Notes under the pieces: generated by a model | Seen by the model: only the letters and a program-made list of their open reading frames with translations | Databases searched by the model: none | What the model was told of the DNA's origin: nothing | Position numbers and translations under genes: made by a program | Part shown: positions 36,111 to 45,422 of the stretch, piece by piece | How positions within the stretch are numbered: position 1 is the first letter of the stretch | Layout: each line of letters begins with the position of its first letter | Assembly (NCBI GenBank): GCA_025357945.1 | Contig: JANYLJ010000056.1 | Span: 60,646-124,645, forward strand | Source: Gemmatimonadota bacterium | Lineage (GTDB): Bacteria; Gemmatimonadota; Gemmatimonadetes; Gemmatimonadales; GWC2-71-9 | Direction: 5' to 3' | DNA length: 64,000 nucleotides

Positions 36111-36125
36111 TGGCAGCAATCTTGC
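36111..36125 (+). promoter_or_regulatory. Sigma-54 -24/-12 promoter candidate (TGGCAGCAATCTTGC)
   Basis: Matches TGGCAC-N5-TTGC at 9 of the 10 specified positions, including GG and GC in the correct register. Lies 117 nt upstream of GTG 36242, which heads the export/priming/exosortase operon. Confidence 0.5.
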
Positions 36126-36241
36126 CAAAAAGGTGCCACCTGGCTTGGCTGACGACTCGCATGCACCACCGGAATAGCGAGCACGAGATGTGCGTTGTAT
36201 TGATTCGTCTGTGTCGGCCGCCCTTTTTCTGGAGTTCCCGC

Positions 36242-37036
36242 GTGAGGATCCGTTCGATCGTTGCAGCAGGGCTGGTCGCGTTCGCGGCTTGGTCGTCACC
36301 GCAGCCACTGGCCGGCCAACAGAGCGGCCCGGCGATCATGGCCGCGAGCCGATCGATGGTGACGCGCACCGAATTACAGGCCGCCCTGGACGAACTGCAG
36401 CGCGGTCTGGCATCGAGCGGGTACAGCTCGGCGATTCGCGGCGCGAAGCGGGCGGAGGCGGACGTCATCCGCGATCGGTTGACCGAAGGCGACATCCGCC
36501 AAGGCGACCAGATCAAGGTCGATATTCTGGGCGACCCAGGCCTGAGCACCACTTACACCATCACGCCGGCGCGTACGTTGACCTTGCCCGCCGGGGTGGA
36601 AATCCTGATGCGTGGCGTGCTGCGATCGGAGGTCCAGGATTATCTGACGAAGGAATTCAAGCGATACATCGTTGACCCGTCGGTCACGGCGACGACGTTC
36701 GTCCGCATCTCGATGTTCGGGGCGCTCAACAAGCCCGGCTTCTTCGCCGCGCCCGCGTCGATGCTCCTGAGCCAGGAGATCATGACCGATGGCCTGGGTC
36801 CCGCGAACAACGTGCGCTGGGACAAGTCGACCATCAAGCGGGGAGACCGCGTGATCGTCGATGGCCCGGCCTTCGAAGCGGCGGTGCGCCAGGGCCTGAC
36901 GCTGGACCAGCTGAACGTGCAGGCCGGTGACCGGATCGACCTCGCCGCGAAACCCGCGAGCGGGCTTTTCTTTCGCATCCTCGGCGCGGTGACTGCGCTG
37001 GGCGGGTTGATCTATCTCGTCCGCATCGTCCGATAA
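36242..37036 (+). CDS. Polysaccharide export protein (Wza-like, Poly_export + SLBB)
   Basis: Part of ORF 36023..37036. GTG at 36242 follows GGAG and gives the signal-like VRIRSIVAAGLVAFAAWSSP. Contains GDQIKVDILGDPGLSTTYTITPARTLTLPAGVEILMRGVLRSEVQDYLTKEFKRYIVDPSV. Confidence 0.75.
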   Translation: MRIRSIVAAGLVAFAAWSSPQPLAGQQSGPAIMAASRSMVTRTELQAALDELQRGLASSGYSSAIRGAKRAEADVIRDRLTEGDIRQGDQIKVDILGDPGLSTTYTITPARTLTLPAGVEILMRGVLRSEVQDYLTKEFKRYIVDPSVTATTFVRISMFGALNKPGFFAAPASMLLSQEIMTDGLGPANNVRWDKSTIKRGDRVIVDGPAFEAAVRQGLTLDQLNVQAGDRIDLAAKPASGLFFRILGAVTALGGLIYLVRIVR

Positions 37037-37045
37037 CGCGACCCA

Positions 37046-37813
37046 ATGTCCGGTCCGGTAACGTCCTCCATGCCGCACGCAGACGAGACGTCCTTGTCGC
37101 GACCGCGCGATGCCGTCGCCCTCGTGGCCACGGCTGAGCAGCGCCCGCTGTCACGCGATGAGCGCGTCATTCGCGCCCTCAACGTCGTGGTCGCCACGGT
37201 GATCCTCATCCTGAGCCTGCCGGCGTGGCTGCTGATCGCGATTGCCGTAAAGCTGACCTCGCGGGGACCGGTCCTCTACACCCAGATCCGGGTCGGGCTC
37301 GATGTCCGCAGCGGCCCCGACCGCGGCAAGCGCAGTGGCCGCGCCACCGCGACACGGCGCGGCACCGACATGGGCGGGCGGCTGTTCACCATTGTAAAGT
37401 TCCGCACCATGAAAGTGGACGCCGAAGCCTCAGGCAAGGCCGTCTGGGCCTCGGCCAACGACCATCGGTTGACGATGATCGGCGGATTCCTGCGCAGCTG
37501 CCGCCTGGACGAGTTGCCGCAGCTGCTGAACGTGATCAAGGGTGACATGAACCTGGTCGGGCCGCGGCCGGAGCGCCCGCAGCTGTTCACCGAATTGCGA
37601 GCGCAGATTCCCGACTACCAGCGACGCCAGAAGGTGCGGCCGGGCATCACCGGCCACGCGCAGGTGAACCTCCAGTACGACACCACCGTCGAGGACGTCG
37701 AGCTCAAGGTGCAGCGCGACCTGGAGTACATCGCGAAGCGCAGCGCGTGGGAAGACGTCAAGATCATGCTGAAGACCATCCCGGTGATGCTCTTCCGGAG
37801 GGGCGGATGGTAG
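37046..37813 (+). CDS. Polyprenyl-phosphate glycosyl-1-phosphate transferase (bacterial sugar transferase, priming enzyme)
   Basis: ORF 37046..37813. Contains KFRTMKVDAE...NDHRLTMIGGFLRSCRLDELPQLLNVIKGDMNLVGPRPERP. Carries an Arg/Gly-rich insertion just before KFRTM. Confidence 0.9.
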   Translation: MSGPVTSSMPHADETSLSRPRDAVALVATAEQRPLSRDERVIRALNVVVATVILILSLPAWLLIAIAVKLTSRGPVLYTQIRVGLDVRSGPDRGKRSGRATATRRGTDMGGRLFTIVKFRTMKVDAEASGKAVWASANDHRLTMIGGFLRSCRLDELPQLLNVIKGDMNLVGPRPERPQLFTELRAQIPDYQRRQKVRPGITGHAQVNLQYDTTVEDVELKVQRDLEYIAKRSAWEDVKIMLKTIPVMLFRRGGW

Positions 37814-38715
37814 CAGCCGGTGCGGACCTGGTCCGCACCCGTCCACTGCGCGAGTTGCTGACGCGCCCCCGGTCGGTTGCCGTGTGGTTGCCAACGGGCG
37901 TCGCCGCGGCCGCATTCGTCCTGCTGTTCGCCAGCCCGGTGGGTACGCTGGTCCACGACTGGTTACATGAAGACGACGCGAACTACGGGCTGCTGCTGTT
38001 TCCCGTCGCCCTCTGGCTGGCATGGCGCGAGGGCCTGCTGGCCGACGCTTACCCCGACACGCGAAGCGGGTCATTCGTCATCGCCGGCGCCGTGCTGATT
38101 CGCCTGCTGGGATCGATCGCGTCGGAGTTCTTCACCCAGCGCTTTTCGATCTGGCTGGCGATTCTCGGCATCGTGGTCTTCTGCTTCGGGTGGCGCCAGG
38201 CGCGACACTGGTGGCTGGCGCTCACCATCCTGCTGCTCGCCATCCCACTGCCCGCGCTGCTGATCAACTCGCTGGCGATCCCGCTGCAGTTTCGCGCCTC
38301 GAGCCTCGGCACCCTGCTGATCAAGTGGCGGCACATCCCGGTGCGGACCGAGGGCAACGTGATCCAGATTCCCAACGCCACGCTGTTCGTGGCGGAAGCG
38401 TGCAGTGGGCTACGCTCGCTGTCGGCCCTGGTCGCGTTGGGCGTGCTGCTCAGCGGCATGTATCTCCGCACGGTCACCGCGCGCGTGCTGCTGGTGTTGC
38501 TCGTCGTCCCGATCGCGATCCTGCTCAATGGTGTTCGAATTTTCCTTACCGCGTTCCTGGTGTACTTCGTCGATCCCGAACTCGCCAACGGGCTCGCGCA
38601 CGAACGGCAGGGACTGGCGATGTTCGTGGTGGCCTTTGCGGCGCTCGGCGCGGTGACGGCCGTGGCGCACCTGATCGAGGCGCGTCTGAGCCGGAGGACG
38701 CAGGCACATGCCTAG
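37807..38715 (+). CDS. Exosortase (EpsH/Xrt family)
   Basis: Part of ORF 37747..38715. ATG at 37807 overlaps the upstream stop. Polytopic, with the catalytic-Cys motif VAEACSGLRSLSALVALG and the Arg motif LLNGVRIFLTAFLVYF. Confidence 0.85.
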   Translation: MVAAGADLVRTRPLRELLTRPRSVAVWLPTGVAAAAFVLLFASPVGTLVHDWLHEDDANYGLLLFPVALWLAWREGLLADAYPDTRSGSFVIAGAVLIRLLGSIASEFFTQRFSIWLAILGIVVFCFGWRQARHWWLALTILLLAIPLPALLINSLAIPLQFRASSLGTLLIKWRHIPVRTEGNVIQIPNATLFVAEACSGLRSLSALVALGVLLSGMYLRTVTARVLLVLLVVPIAILLNGVRIFLTAFLVYFVDPELANGLAHERQGLAMFVVAFAALGAVTAVAHLIEARLSRRTQAHA

Positions 38716-39349
38716 CCGGTCGCGCTGGATCCCGGCGGTACTCCTCTCGGCCGGATGCCTTGTCAACGCCATCGTCGCCGCGCGCCGTGCCGGTCCGATC
38801 CCGTTGCGCGCGGAACTTTCCAGCGTCGCGACCCGGCTCCAGGGATTTGCCGCAACCGATGACACCGTCTCCACCGCGGTGCGCCGCGTCGCGGGAATGT
38901 CGTCGTACATCCTGCGCGACTATGGGCCGGCGGCCGCGCCCCTCTTTTCGGTCTACGTCGGTTATTACGACGAGCAGCGACAGGGCAAGAGCATCCACTC
39001 GCCGAAGAACTGCCTGCCCGGAGACGGCTGGGAATCCGTCGAGGCCGGTGCGATCGCCGTCGCCACGACGTCGGGAACCGTCACCGTCAACCGATACCGG
39101 GTGGCGAAGAACAACTACGCATCCATGGTCTACTACTGGTACCAGGGCCGCGGCCGCGTGGCGCACGACGAATTCCGCGTCAAGTTCGACTTGTTGCGGG
39201 ATGCGGCGCTGCGCGGGCGGACCGAGGAGGCGCTCGTGCGCATCGTGGTCCCGATCCACGGAAACGACGTCGCGATGGCGGACAGCCTGGCGCGAAAGCT
39301 GGTTTCGCCGCTCGTTGCCGACATGGATCGCGTGCTGCCGCGGCTTTGA
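38708..39349 (+). CDS. EpsI family exosortase-associated protein
   Basis: ORF 38708..39349, with an 8-nt overlap onto the exosortase gene. N-terminal anchor. Hallmark motif SIHSPKNCLPGDGWE. Confidence 0.8.
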   Translation: MPSRSRWIPAVLLSAGCLVNAIVAARRAGPIPLRAELSSVATRLQGFAATDDTVSTAVRRVAGMSSYILRDYGPAAAPLFSVYVGYYDEQRQGKSIHSPKNCLPGDGWESVEAGAIAVATTSGTVTVNRYRVAKNNYASMVYYWYQGRGRVAHDEFRVKFDLLRDAALRGRTEEALVRIVVPIHGNDVAMADSLARKLVSPLVADMDRVLPRL

Positions 39350-39360
39350 CTGATTCCGGA

Positions 39361-40746
39361 ATGCCCGTGAAGCAGAAGCAGAAGATCGCGATCGTCGGTG
39401 CGGGATTGTGCGGATCGGTGCTGGCTGCCCGCCTGCGGACGGTGTTCGACGTCACCGTAGTGGAGCAGGCGCGAAAGAAGCGACCGTTGTACCACGAGAT
39501 CAGCTGCGGCGATGGCGGCATCAACTCGTCCATCAATCGCGCCGCCGGCCTGGGTGGCACCACCAACTACTGGCACAACGCGCTCATCGAGCTCGCCGAC
39601 GACGAGCTCGGCGACCTCGGGCTTGATCCCGCGCGTTTCGCGCCATACTACCGCCGGGCATGGTCGCTCTTCCTGTCCGACTCGGACCTGGCCCGTTGTC
39701 AGGCGATCCGCGACACCAACGCCCAGGCGCTGCCCCCCGGCCGCGTGGCCCACATGGTCGTGCCCCAGTCCCGCGTCAACCTGTGGCAGCACGCGCAGCG
39801 CGCCTATCCCGGTGAGCCGGTCACCGTGTTATACGGGCACGCCGAGCGGCTGACGCTGGGCACCAATGGCGCGCCGGAGCACGTGCTGGTACACACCGAC
39901 GCCGGACCAGTGAAGCTCCGGGCGGATCACTATATCCTCGCCGCTGGTGGCCTTGCCAGCCCGGTCCTGCTGGCGAATTCACTCGGTATCAGCGAAGCTC
40001 GCTTCGGCGGCTATCACGATCATCCCATGGCGTACGTGGCCAAGCTGCGGCTCCGTCCCGACAGCACGCTGCGCGAACTCTCCTGCCGCGACACCGTCGC
40101 CGGCAGCGTTCGCAGCGGTTTCGTCTACGAGGCCGACGGACTGAAGACCGCCTTCTACTTGCGTCCCGCCCTGTCGCTCCGCCTCGGCTCGATCACCGGC
40201 GAAGCGCGCTACGTACTTTCTGACTTGCGGAACGATCCCGTCTCGCCCAGGAAGATCATCCAGCTGCTCACCAACATCGAGGCGTTGCGGGAGGCGCTCC
40301 TCTTCAAGACCCGAGCCGGCTTTCGCGGCGATTACTACTCGGTGCTGATGCTCGGTGAGCAGCGCGCCACTGATTCGCGCGGGATCCAGGTGTCGGCCGG
40401 TCGGCCGCCAGCGCTCAACTGGCAGGTGAGCGCCGACGAGCGGGCCGCGTACCAGCGCTGCTTTACGCAGTTCCTCGCCGCAATGTCCAGCCAGATCGCC
40501 GCCAGCAACGTGATCCCGCCGGACCAGTGGGAATACCGGACCGCAGCGCACCATTCCGGGGCGGCGCGGGACTTCCTGGCGCCAGCCGATGGCAGCGCCC
40601 TCGGCTGGTTCGCGGTCGCCGGCATGCCTGCCGTATCCGTGTGCGATGCGTCACTGTTGCGGCGCGGCGGCGTGGCCAACAGCGGGCTGACGCTGGTCGC
40701 GCTCTCTCACCAACTGGCCGACGCACTCGCGGCGCAATCGACATGA
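39361..40746 (+). CDS. FAD-dependent oxidoreductase (GMC-like)
   Basis: Part of ORF 39346..40746. ATG at 39361 gives MPVKQKQKIAIVGAGLCGSVLAARL (a GxGxxG FAD fold). The C-terminal part resembles the GMC oxidoreductase C-domain. Confidence 0.65.
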   Translation: MPVKQKQKIAIVGAGLCGSVLAARLRTVFDVTVVEQARKKRPLYHEISCGDGGINSSINRAAGLGGTTNYWHNALIELADDELGDLGLDPARFAPYYRRAWSLFLSDSDLARCQAIRDTNAQALPPGRVAHMVVPQSRVNLWQHAQRAYPGEPVTVLYGHAERLTLGTNGAPEHVLVHTDAGPVKLRADHYILAAGGLASPVLLANSLGISEARFGGYHDHPMAYVAKLRLRPDSTLRELSCRDTVAGSVRSGFVYEADGLKTAFYLRPALSLRLGSITGEARYVLSDLRNDPVSPRKIIQLLTNIEALREALLFKTRAGFRGDYYSVLMLGEQRATDSRGIQVSAGRPPALNWQVSADERAAYQRCFTQFLAAMSSQIAASNVIPPDQWEYRTAAHHSGAARDFLAPADGSALGWFAVAGMPAVSVCDASLLRRGGVANSGLTLVALSHQLADALAAQST

Positions 40747-41396
40747 CGCCCGCGGCCGAGTACCGCCCCAATCCGGTTCGGCAGGCGCTGCGGTCCGCCC
40801 TGATCAGCGTGGTACCGCGGACCCGGCTGATTGCATCGCTCCCGCCGGGCGACCGCGTCGTGGCACTGACGTTCGACGACGGACCGCATCCCGAGTGGAC
40901 GCCTCGCATTCTCGACGTCCTCGCCCGGCACGGCGCCCGCGCGACCTTCTTCGTTGTCGGCGCGCAGGCGGCGCTGCATCCCGACATCGTGCGACGCATC
41001 GCCGCCGAAGGCCACGCCGTGGGCCACCATTCGTGGACCCATTCCGAGCCGGCGACCACGCCGACGCGGCTCCTGCTCGCCGAAAACCGACGAACCCGGC
41101 AGTTCCTCGAAGCTCTCCTCGACCGGCCCGCCCCGCTCTTTCGCCCGCCGCACGGCAAGCTGACGCCGCTGAAGCTGCTTGGCGCCTGGGCGCAGGGAAA
41201 CGTGCTGGTGCTCTGGAACCGTGACCCCAAGGACTACCAGATGCCAAGCGCCACGGAACTTCGCACTTGGGTCAGCAGGCAACCGCTCTTGGCGGGAGAC
41301 ATCGTGCTCTTGCACGACACTCATGCGCACACCGCAGCGGCGCTGCCGCACCTGCTCGACAGTTGCGCGGTGCCATTCACGGCCCTCAACGCCTGA
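40743..41396 (+). CDS. Polysaccharide deacetylase (CE4/NodB)
   Basis: Part of ORF 40527..41396 with an ATGA overlap at 40743. Motifs: VALTFDDGPHPEWTPRILDVLARHGARATFFVVG and GHAVGHHSWTHS. Confidence 0.85.
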   Translation: MTPAAEYRPNPVRQALRSALISVVPRTRLIASLPPGDRVVALTFDDGPHPEWTPRILDVLARHGARATFFVVGAQAALHPDIVRRIAAEGHAVGHHSWTHSEPATTPTRLLLAENRRTRQFLEALLDRPAPLFRPPHGKLTPLKLLGAWAQGNVLVLWNRDPKDYQMPSATELRTWVSRQPLLAGDIVLLHDTHAHTAAALPHLLDSCAVPFTALNA

Positions 41397-42616
41397 TGAC
41401 CAACGTGCCCGTTGCGAATCCCGCTTCGCCGAAGGTGACCCATCTCTACTTCGGCACCGACTGGGAGGGGGAGAATCGCACCTCGGCGCATCACGTCGCG
41501 CGGTGGCTCGCGGAACGCGCGCCGGTGATGTATTTCGAGTGTCCCGGCATGCGCGCGCCACGATCCACCGGCCGCGATATCCGCCGAATCATCGCGAAGC
41601 TCATCGCCGCCGTCGGCCCGCCGCGACGGCCGTCAGCCGGGGTCGAAGTGCGGACGCTGCTGCAACTGCCGTTTCACCGGCTACCGGGCATCGCCGCGTT
41701 CAACCGATGGATCCTGCTCCGTTCCGTCCGCCGCGTGGTCGCGCGCGTGCGCCGCGGCGGGGGACAGATCGTGTCATGGTTCCTGTCGCCCCATATCGGT
41801 GTACTCGCGGGACGGTTGGGCGAGGACCTAGCGGTGCAGTACTGCGTCGATGATTACGCATCGTTTCCCGGTGTCGATGCGGACGCCATCGCCACCATGG
41901 ACGAGGCGCTCAGCCGTAATGCGGACCTCGTCTTCGTTACATCAGAAACCATGGTGCCGCGCAAGCAGGCAGTCGCCAAGCGCGTGGTCCTGTCACCGCA
42001 CGGCGTCGACGTCGAGCATTTCCGGAAGGCCACCGACGCGGGGATACCGTTGCCGGAAGAGGTGCGCTCGCTCACCGGCGCGGTGATCGGATTCTTCGGG
42101 CTGATCGAGGCCTGGATCGACCTCGACCTGGTGCAGACGCTGGCCGATCGGCATCCCGAGTGGACCTTCGTCATGATCGGACGAGTCGCCGTTCCCGCAG
42201 CGCAGGTCCCGGTGCGAAGGAATATTCTCTTCCTGGGTGCCCGACCATACCAGCAACTGCCCGACTACGGCCGCCGATTCGACGTCAGCATCATACCCTA
42301 CCGGTTCACCCAGCAGGTGCACCACGCCAATCCGATCAAGCTCCGTGAATACCTGGCAATGGAAAAACCGATCGTGTCGGTACCCACGCCGGAGATAACG
42401 AAGTTTGCCGACGTGGTGCGCATCGCCACGACGGCGGATGAATGGGAGATGGCGATCCGGGATGCCCTGGCCGCACCCGATCCCGCGGGTGAGCGTGCGG
42501 CGATGCGAGCTGCAGCCGACGCGATGACCTGGAACGCACGGCTCACCCGTGTCGACGCGATCGTCGCCGATGCGCTGGCCGGCCGGACGTTCGACCCACC
42601 GCCGGTCTCGCGATGA
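41396..42616 (+). CDS. Glycosyltransferase (GT1/GT4-like)
   Basis: Part of ORF 41267..42616. ATG at 41396 overlaps the upstream stop. C-terminal half: IGFFGLIEAWIDLDLV...FLGARPYQQLPDY...ANPIKLREYLAMEKPIVS. Confidence 0.7.
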   Translation: MTNVPVANPASPKVTHLYFGTDWEGENRTSAHHVARWLAERAPVMYFECPGMRAPRSTGRDIRRIIAKLIAAVGPPRRPSAGVEVRTLLQLPFHRLPGIAAFNRWILLRSVRRVVARVRRGGGQIVSWFLSPHIGVLAGRLGEDLAVQYCVDDYASFPGVDADAIATMDEALSRNADLVFVTSETMVPRKQAVAKRVVLSPHGVDVEHFRKATDAGIPLPEEVRSLTGAVIGFFGLIEAWIDLDLVQTLADRHPEWTFVMIGRVAVPAAQVPVRRNILFLGARPYQQLPDYGRRFDVSIIPYRFTQQVHHANPIKLREYLAMEKPIVSVPTPEITKFADVVRIATTADEWEMAIRDALAAPDPAGERAAMRAAADAMTWNARLTRVDAIVADALAGRTFDPPPVSR

Positions 42617-43536
42617 ATCGCCCCGTCGCGGTCACCGGAGCAACCGGTCGGATTGGTACTCCGCTGGTCGAGGCACTGCTTCGCGCCGGGCGCGTGGTTC
42701 GTGCCCTCTCGCGCCGCGCGCAACCGCCGCGATCGGGCGTCGAATGGGTGGTGGGTGACCTGCTCGACACCAGGGCCGTCGCGGCGCTGGTGGCCGACGC
42801 CGAAATGGTGTTCCACGCCGGCGGCCAGCTGCACGGTGAACCCGATGTCGTCCAACGCTCATTGGTGCAGGGTACCGAGACGGTTCTTCGGGCCGCGCGA
42901 GCTGTACGGGTCGTCCATCTCAGTTCGCTCGTGGTGCTCGATACCGGGTCGCCGGCGAGTCCGTACGTCATCGACGAAAGCTGCCCGCTCGAGCCATTTC
43001 CCCAACGCCGGGGCAGCTATACCCGCGCGAAGTCGGCGGCCGAAGCGTTAGCGCGGACCGCGGCCGTACAACAGGATGTGGTCATCGTGCGTCCTGGCCT
43101 CGTCGTGTCCGGCGCTGACGGTGCGATGCCACCCGCAATCGGCATGCAAGTGGGCCCGGTGGTTTTTTTCGTCGGTCCGGGCGATGGGATATTACCGGTG
43201 GTTCACGCCGAAGACGTCGCATCGGGGTTGCTGTGTGCCGCGGCTCGACTGGAACGCGGCGAACTGCTCCACCTCGTCGATCCGATGCCGGTTTCGCGTG
43301 CCGCGCTGCTGCGCCGAATCGTCGCGGGCGGCGACTTCAGGCTGCCGGTCCCGAGCGGTACCGCCGCGTTGTTGCTGGCGCGGTGCGTCGTGAGCGCCGG
43401 TCAACACCAGCTGGCGAATCCTGCCTATCGCGTGCTGTCTGCCGGGATGCCGCACCAGTGGAGCGCCGAGCGCGCGGCGGCGCTCGGCTGGCATCCCGAC
43501 GCGCTGCGATCCTGGTTCGCGACGGCCGCAGGATAG
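42613..43536 (+). CDS. NAD-dependent epimerase/dehydratase family protein
   Basis: ORF 42613..43536 with an ATGA-type overlap. Rossmann motif VAVTGATGRIGTPLVEALLRAG, and YTRAKSAAE (YxxxK). Confidence 0.8.
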   Translation: MNRPVAVTGATGRIGTPLVEALLRAGRVVRALSRRAQPPRSGVEWVVGDLLDTRAVAALVADAEMVFHAGGQLHGEPDVVQRSLVQGTETVLRAARAVRVVHLSSLVVLDTGSPASPYVIDESCPLEPFPQRRGSYTRAKSAAEALARTAAVQQDVVIVRPGLVVSGADGAMPPAIGMQVGPVVFFVGPGDGILPVVHAEDVASGLLCAAARLERGELLHLVDPMPVSRAALLRRIVAGGDFRLPVPSGTAALLLARCVVSAGQHQLANPAYRVLSAGMPHQWSAERAAALGWHPDALRSWFATAAG

Positions 43537-43561
43537 CGCCGCAGACGCCAGCGAACGCGTC

Positions 43562-44086
43562 CTACTCCTGTCCGACGACCAGCCCCTGTCCCTGCAGCCG
43601 CTTCGCGGTTTCATCCGGCCGCGGGCTCGCCTGTATCCCGCGAACGCCCAGCCAGAGCATCGTCAGCGCGAACCAACCCGCAAACCCTTCGGCCTTCAAC
43701 CCGGCGAGGGTGAAGCCCTTCAGGTTGTTCTGGGCGACCAGCCGCCGCGACTGCAGAAAATCCAGGGTAAAGAACGGCACCATCACGATCACGATAGCGC
43801 CCAGCAGCACCGCCGCAATCGCCGCACCACGGACGGCGCCACGCTGGCCGCCGAGCGTCCCCAGGGCGGCGATCAACGCCAGTTCCACCGCAATCTGCGG
43901 GGTCGATGCGAACAGCAACCCGATCACCTGGAATCGGTATTGTGCGCTAACGGCTTGGGTCGCCATGGCGGTCACGACCACGTCGGCGAACGCCGAAATG
44001 ATCGTCACCACCAGTACGGCGATGAGCGCCGGGAAGAGCAGCTGCGATCGACCGGAAAGGAGCGGAGTGGTGGACGTCGAAGCCAT
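43562..44086 (-). CDS. Hypothetical membrane protein (4 TM)
   Basis: Part of ORF 43562..44248. ATG at 44086 gives MASTSTTPLLSGRSQLLFPALIAVLVVTIISAF. It is one of only two opposite-strand genes interrupting the plus-strand run from 32426 to 52716; the other is 34918..36006. Confidence 0.5.
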   Translation of the reverse strand: MASTSTTPLLSGRSQLLFPALIAVLVVTIISAFADVVVTAMATQAVSAQYRFQVIGLLFASTPQIAVELALIAALGTLGGQRGAVRGAAIAAVLLGAIVIVMVPFFTLDFLQSRRLVAQNNLKGFTLAGLKAEGFAGWFALTMLWLGVRGIQASPRPDETAKRLQGQGLVVGQE

Positions 44087-44233
44087 GCGGACTCCTCGGA
44101 AGCAACAAGGTTGGTTCCCGCCGCAGGTCTGGAAGCGGGGGGCGGTGTACGCGGTCGGAAAACAACAGCACCCCGACAGCAAAGCAAGTCGCGGGCCGAT
44201 TGCCCCGTTTCTTGCTTGTCCAGCCGAGGGACC

Positions 44234-45382
44234 ATGCGAGTTCTTCACCTGACCGTATCAGCCGCCCACGGCGGCCGTCGGGACGCGATCCTGACCTTGA
44301 TCGATCATCTCCGGCCCTTGGGCGCGGAGTGCGGCTTTGTTGCACTCCGCAACACCGCCGATGAGGTTGCTCAGTTCGCGCTGCAACTGGACTATTTTGA
44401 TGGGTTGCAACTTGCCACGCGACCGACACTGACCGAATTGGCGCATATCGCCCGTCTATGCCGGGCGTGGAAGACCGATATTGTCCATGCTCACGACGCC
44501 GCGAGCCACTATGTGGCGGCTATGCTACGCTTGGTATCACCGAAGCTACGGGTCGTGATGACTTTCCACCGCACCCTTGGGGTCGATTCCGAAGGCCTGC
44601 AAAACCGCCTCCGCAACGCGCTCCTCCTGCCACTGGTTCATCGGGTTGTGACTGCTTCGGAAGAACGGCGGGCTTATTTCCGTTCGAAGACGACGATACC
44701 TGCCGCCAAGGTTGCGGTCATCCCATACGGGATCGACCTGACGCGGTATCACCCGGACCGAGGACAACGAGACGCGGTGCGGGCGGAACTCGGGCTGGCA
44801 CCGGAAACAGCGTTGATCGTTGCGATCGGGCATTTTGGCCCCGAGAAGGGGCTCGATCAGGTTCTCGCCGGCGCCGCGCTGGCTGCCGCTGGTCTTGCCG
44901 GCGTTCGCTGGCATCTGGTGATCCTGGGGAGCGGGTCCGCCGACCAGACCGCCGCGTTGGGAGAGCTGAGCGGACGCCTGCTCGGCGATCGGGCGACCTG
45001 GGTTGGGTTTCGGACCGACGTGCCGCGTTGGTTGCAGGCGGCCGACCTGCTGATCCATGCGCCACGGATGGAGGCGTTCGGCCTCGTGGTGATCCAAGGC
45101 ATGGCGTGTGGTCTGCCAGTGGTCGCGACGGCGGTGGGCGGTCTCCCGGAAATCGTGGCGGATGGTGTGACCGGACGGCTGGTGGCGGCGGGCGACATCG
45201 CCGGGTTCGGGGCCGCGATCGCGGCGTTGTTGACGGACCCCGCCTCGCGATGCCGCATGGGAGCGGCGGCGCTGGCGCGGGCGCGCGACCGCTACGACGC
45301 CCGGCTGATGGCTGCGCGTCATCTGGCGCTGTATCGTGCAATTCTTGGTCGCCGCCCAGCGGCCCTCCCTACGACACCGTGA
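44234..45382 (+). CDS. Glycosyltransferase family 4
   Basis: Part of ORF 43940..45382. ATG at 44234 gives MRVLHLTVSAAHGGRRDAILTL. Contains the EAFGLVVIQGMACGLPVVATAVGGLPEIV motif. Confidence 0.85.
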   Translation: MRVLHLTVSAAHGGRRDAILTLIDHLRPLGAECGFVALRNTADEVAQFALQLDYFDGLQLATRPTLTELAHIARLCRAWKTDIVHAHDAASHYVAAMLRLVSPKLRVVMTFHRTLGVDSEGLQNRLRNALLLPLVHRVVTASEERRAYFRSKTTIPAAKVAVIPYGIDLTRYHPDRGQRDAVRAELGLAPETALIVAIGHFGPEKGLDQVLAGAALAAAGLAGVRWHLVILGSGSADQTAALGELSGRLLGDRATWVGFRTDVPRWLQAADLLIHAPRMEAFGLVVIQGMACGLPVVATAVGGLPEIVADGVTGRLVAAGDIAGFGAAIAALLTDPASRCRMGAAALARARDRYDARLMAARHLALYRAILGRRPAALPTTP

Positions 45383-45422
45383 GCAAGCCAATGAACCGCC
45401 ACATTCAGTGCGGTGGCCGCCG

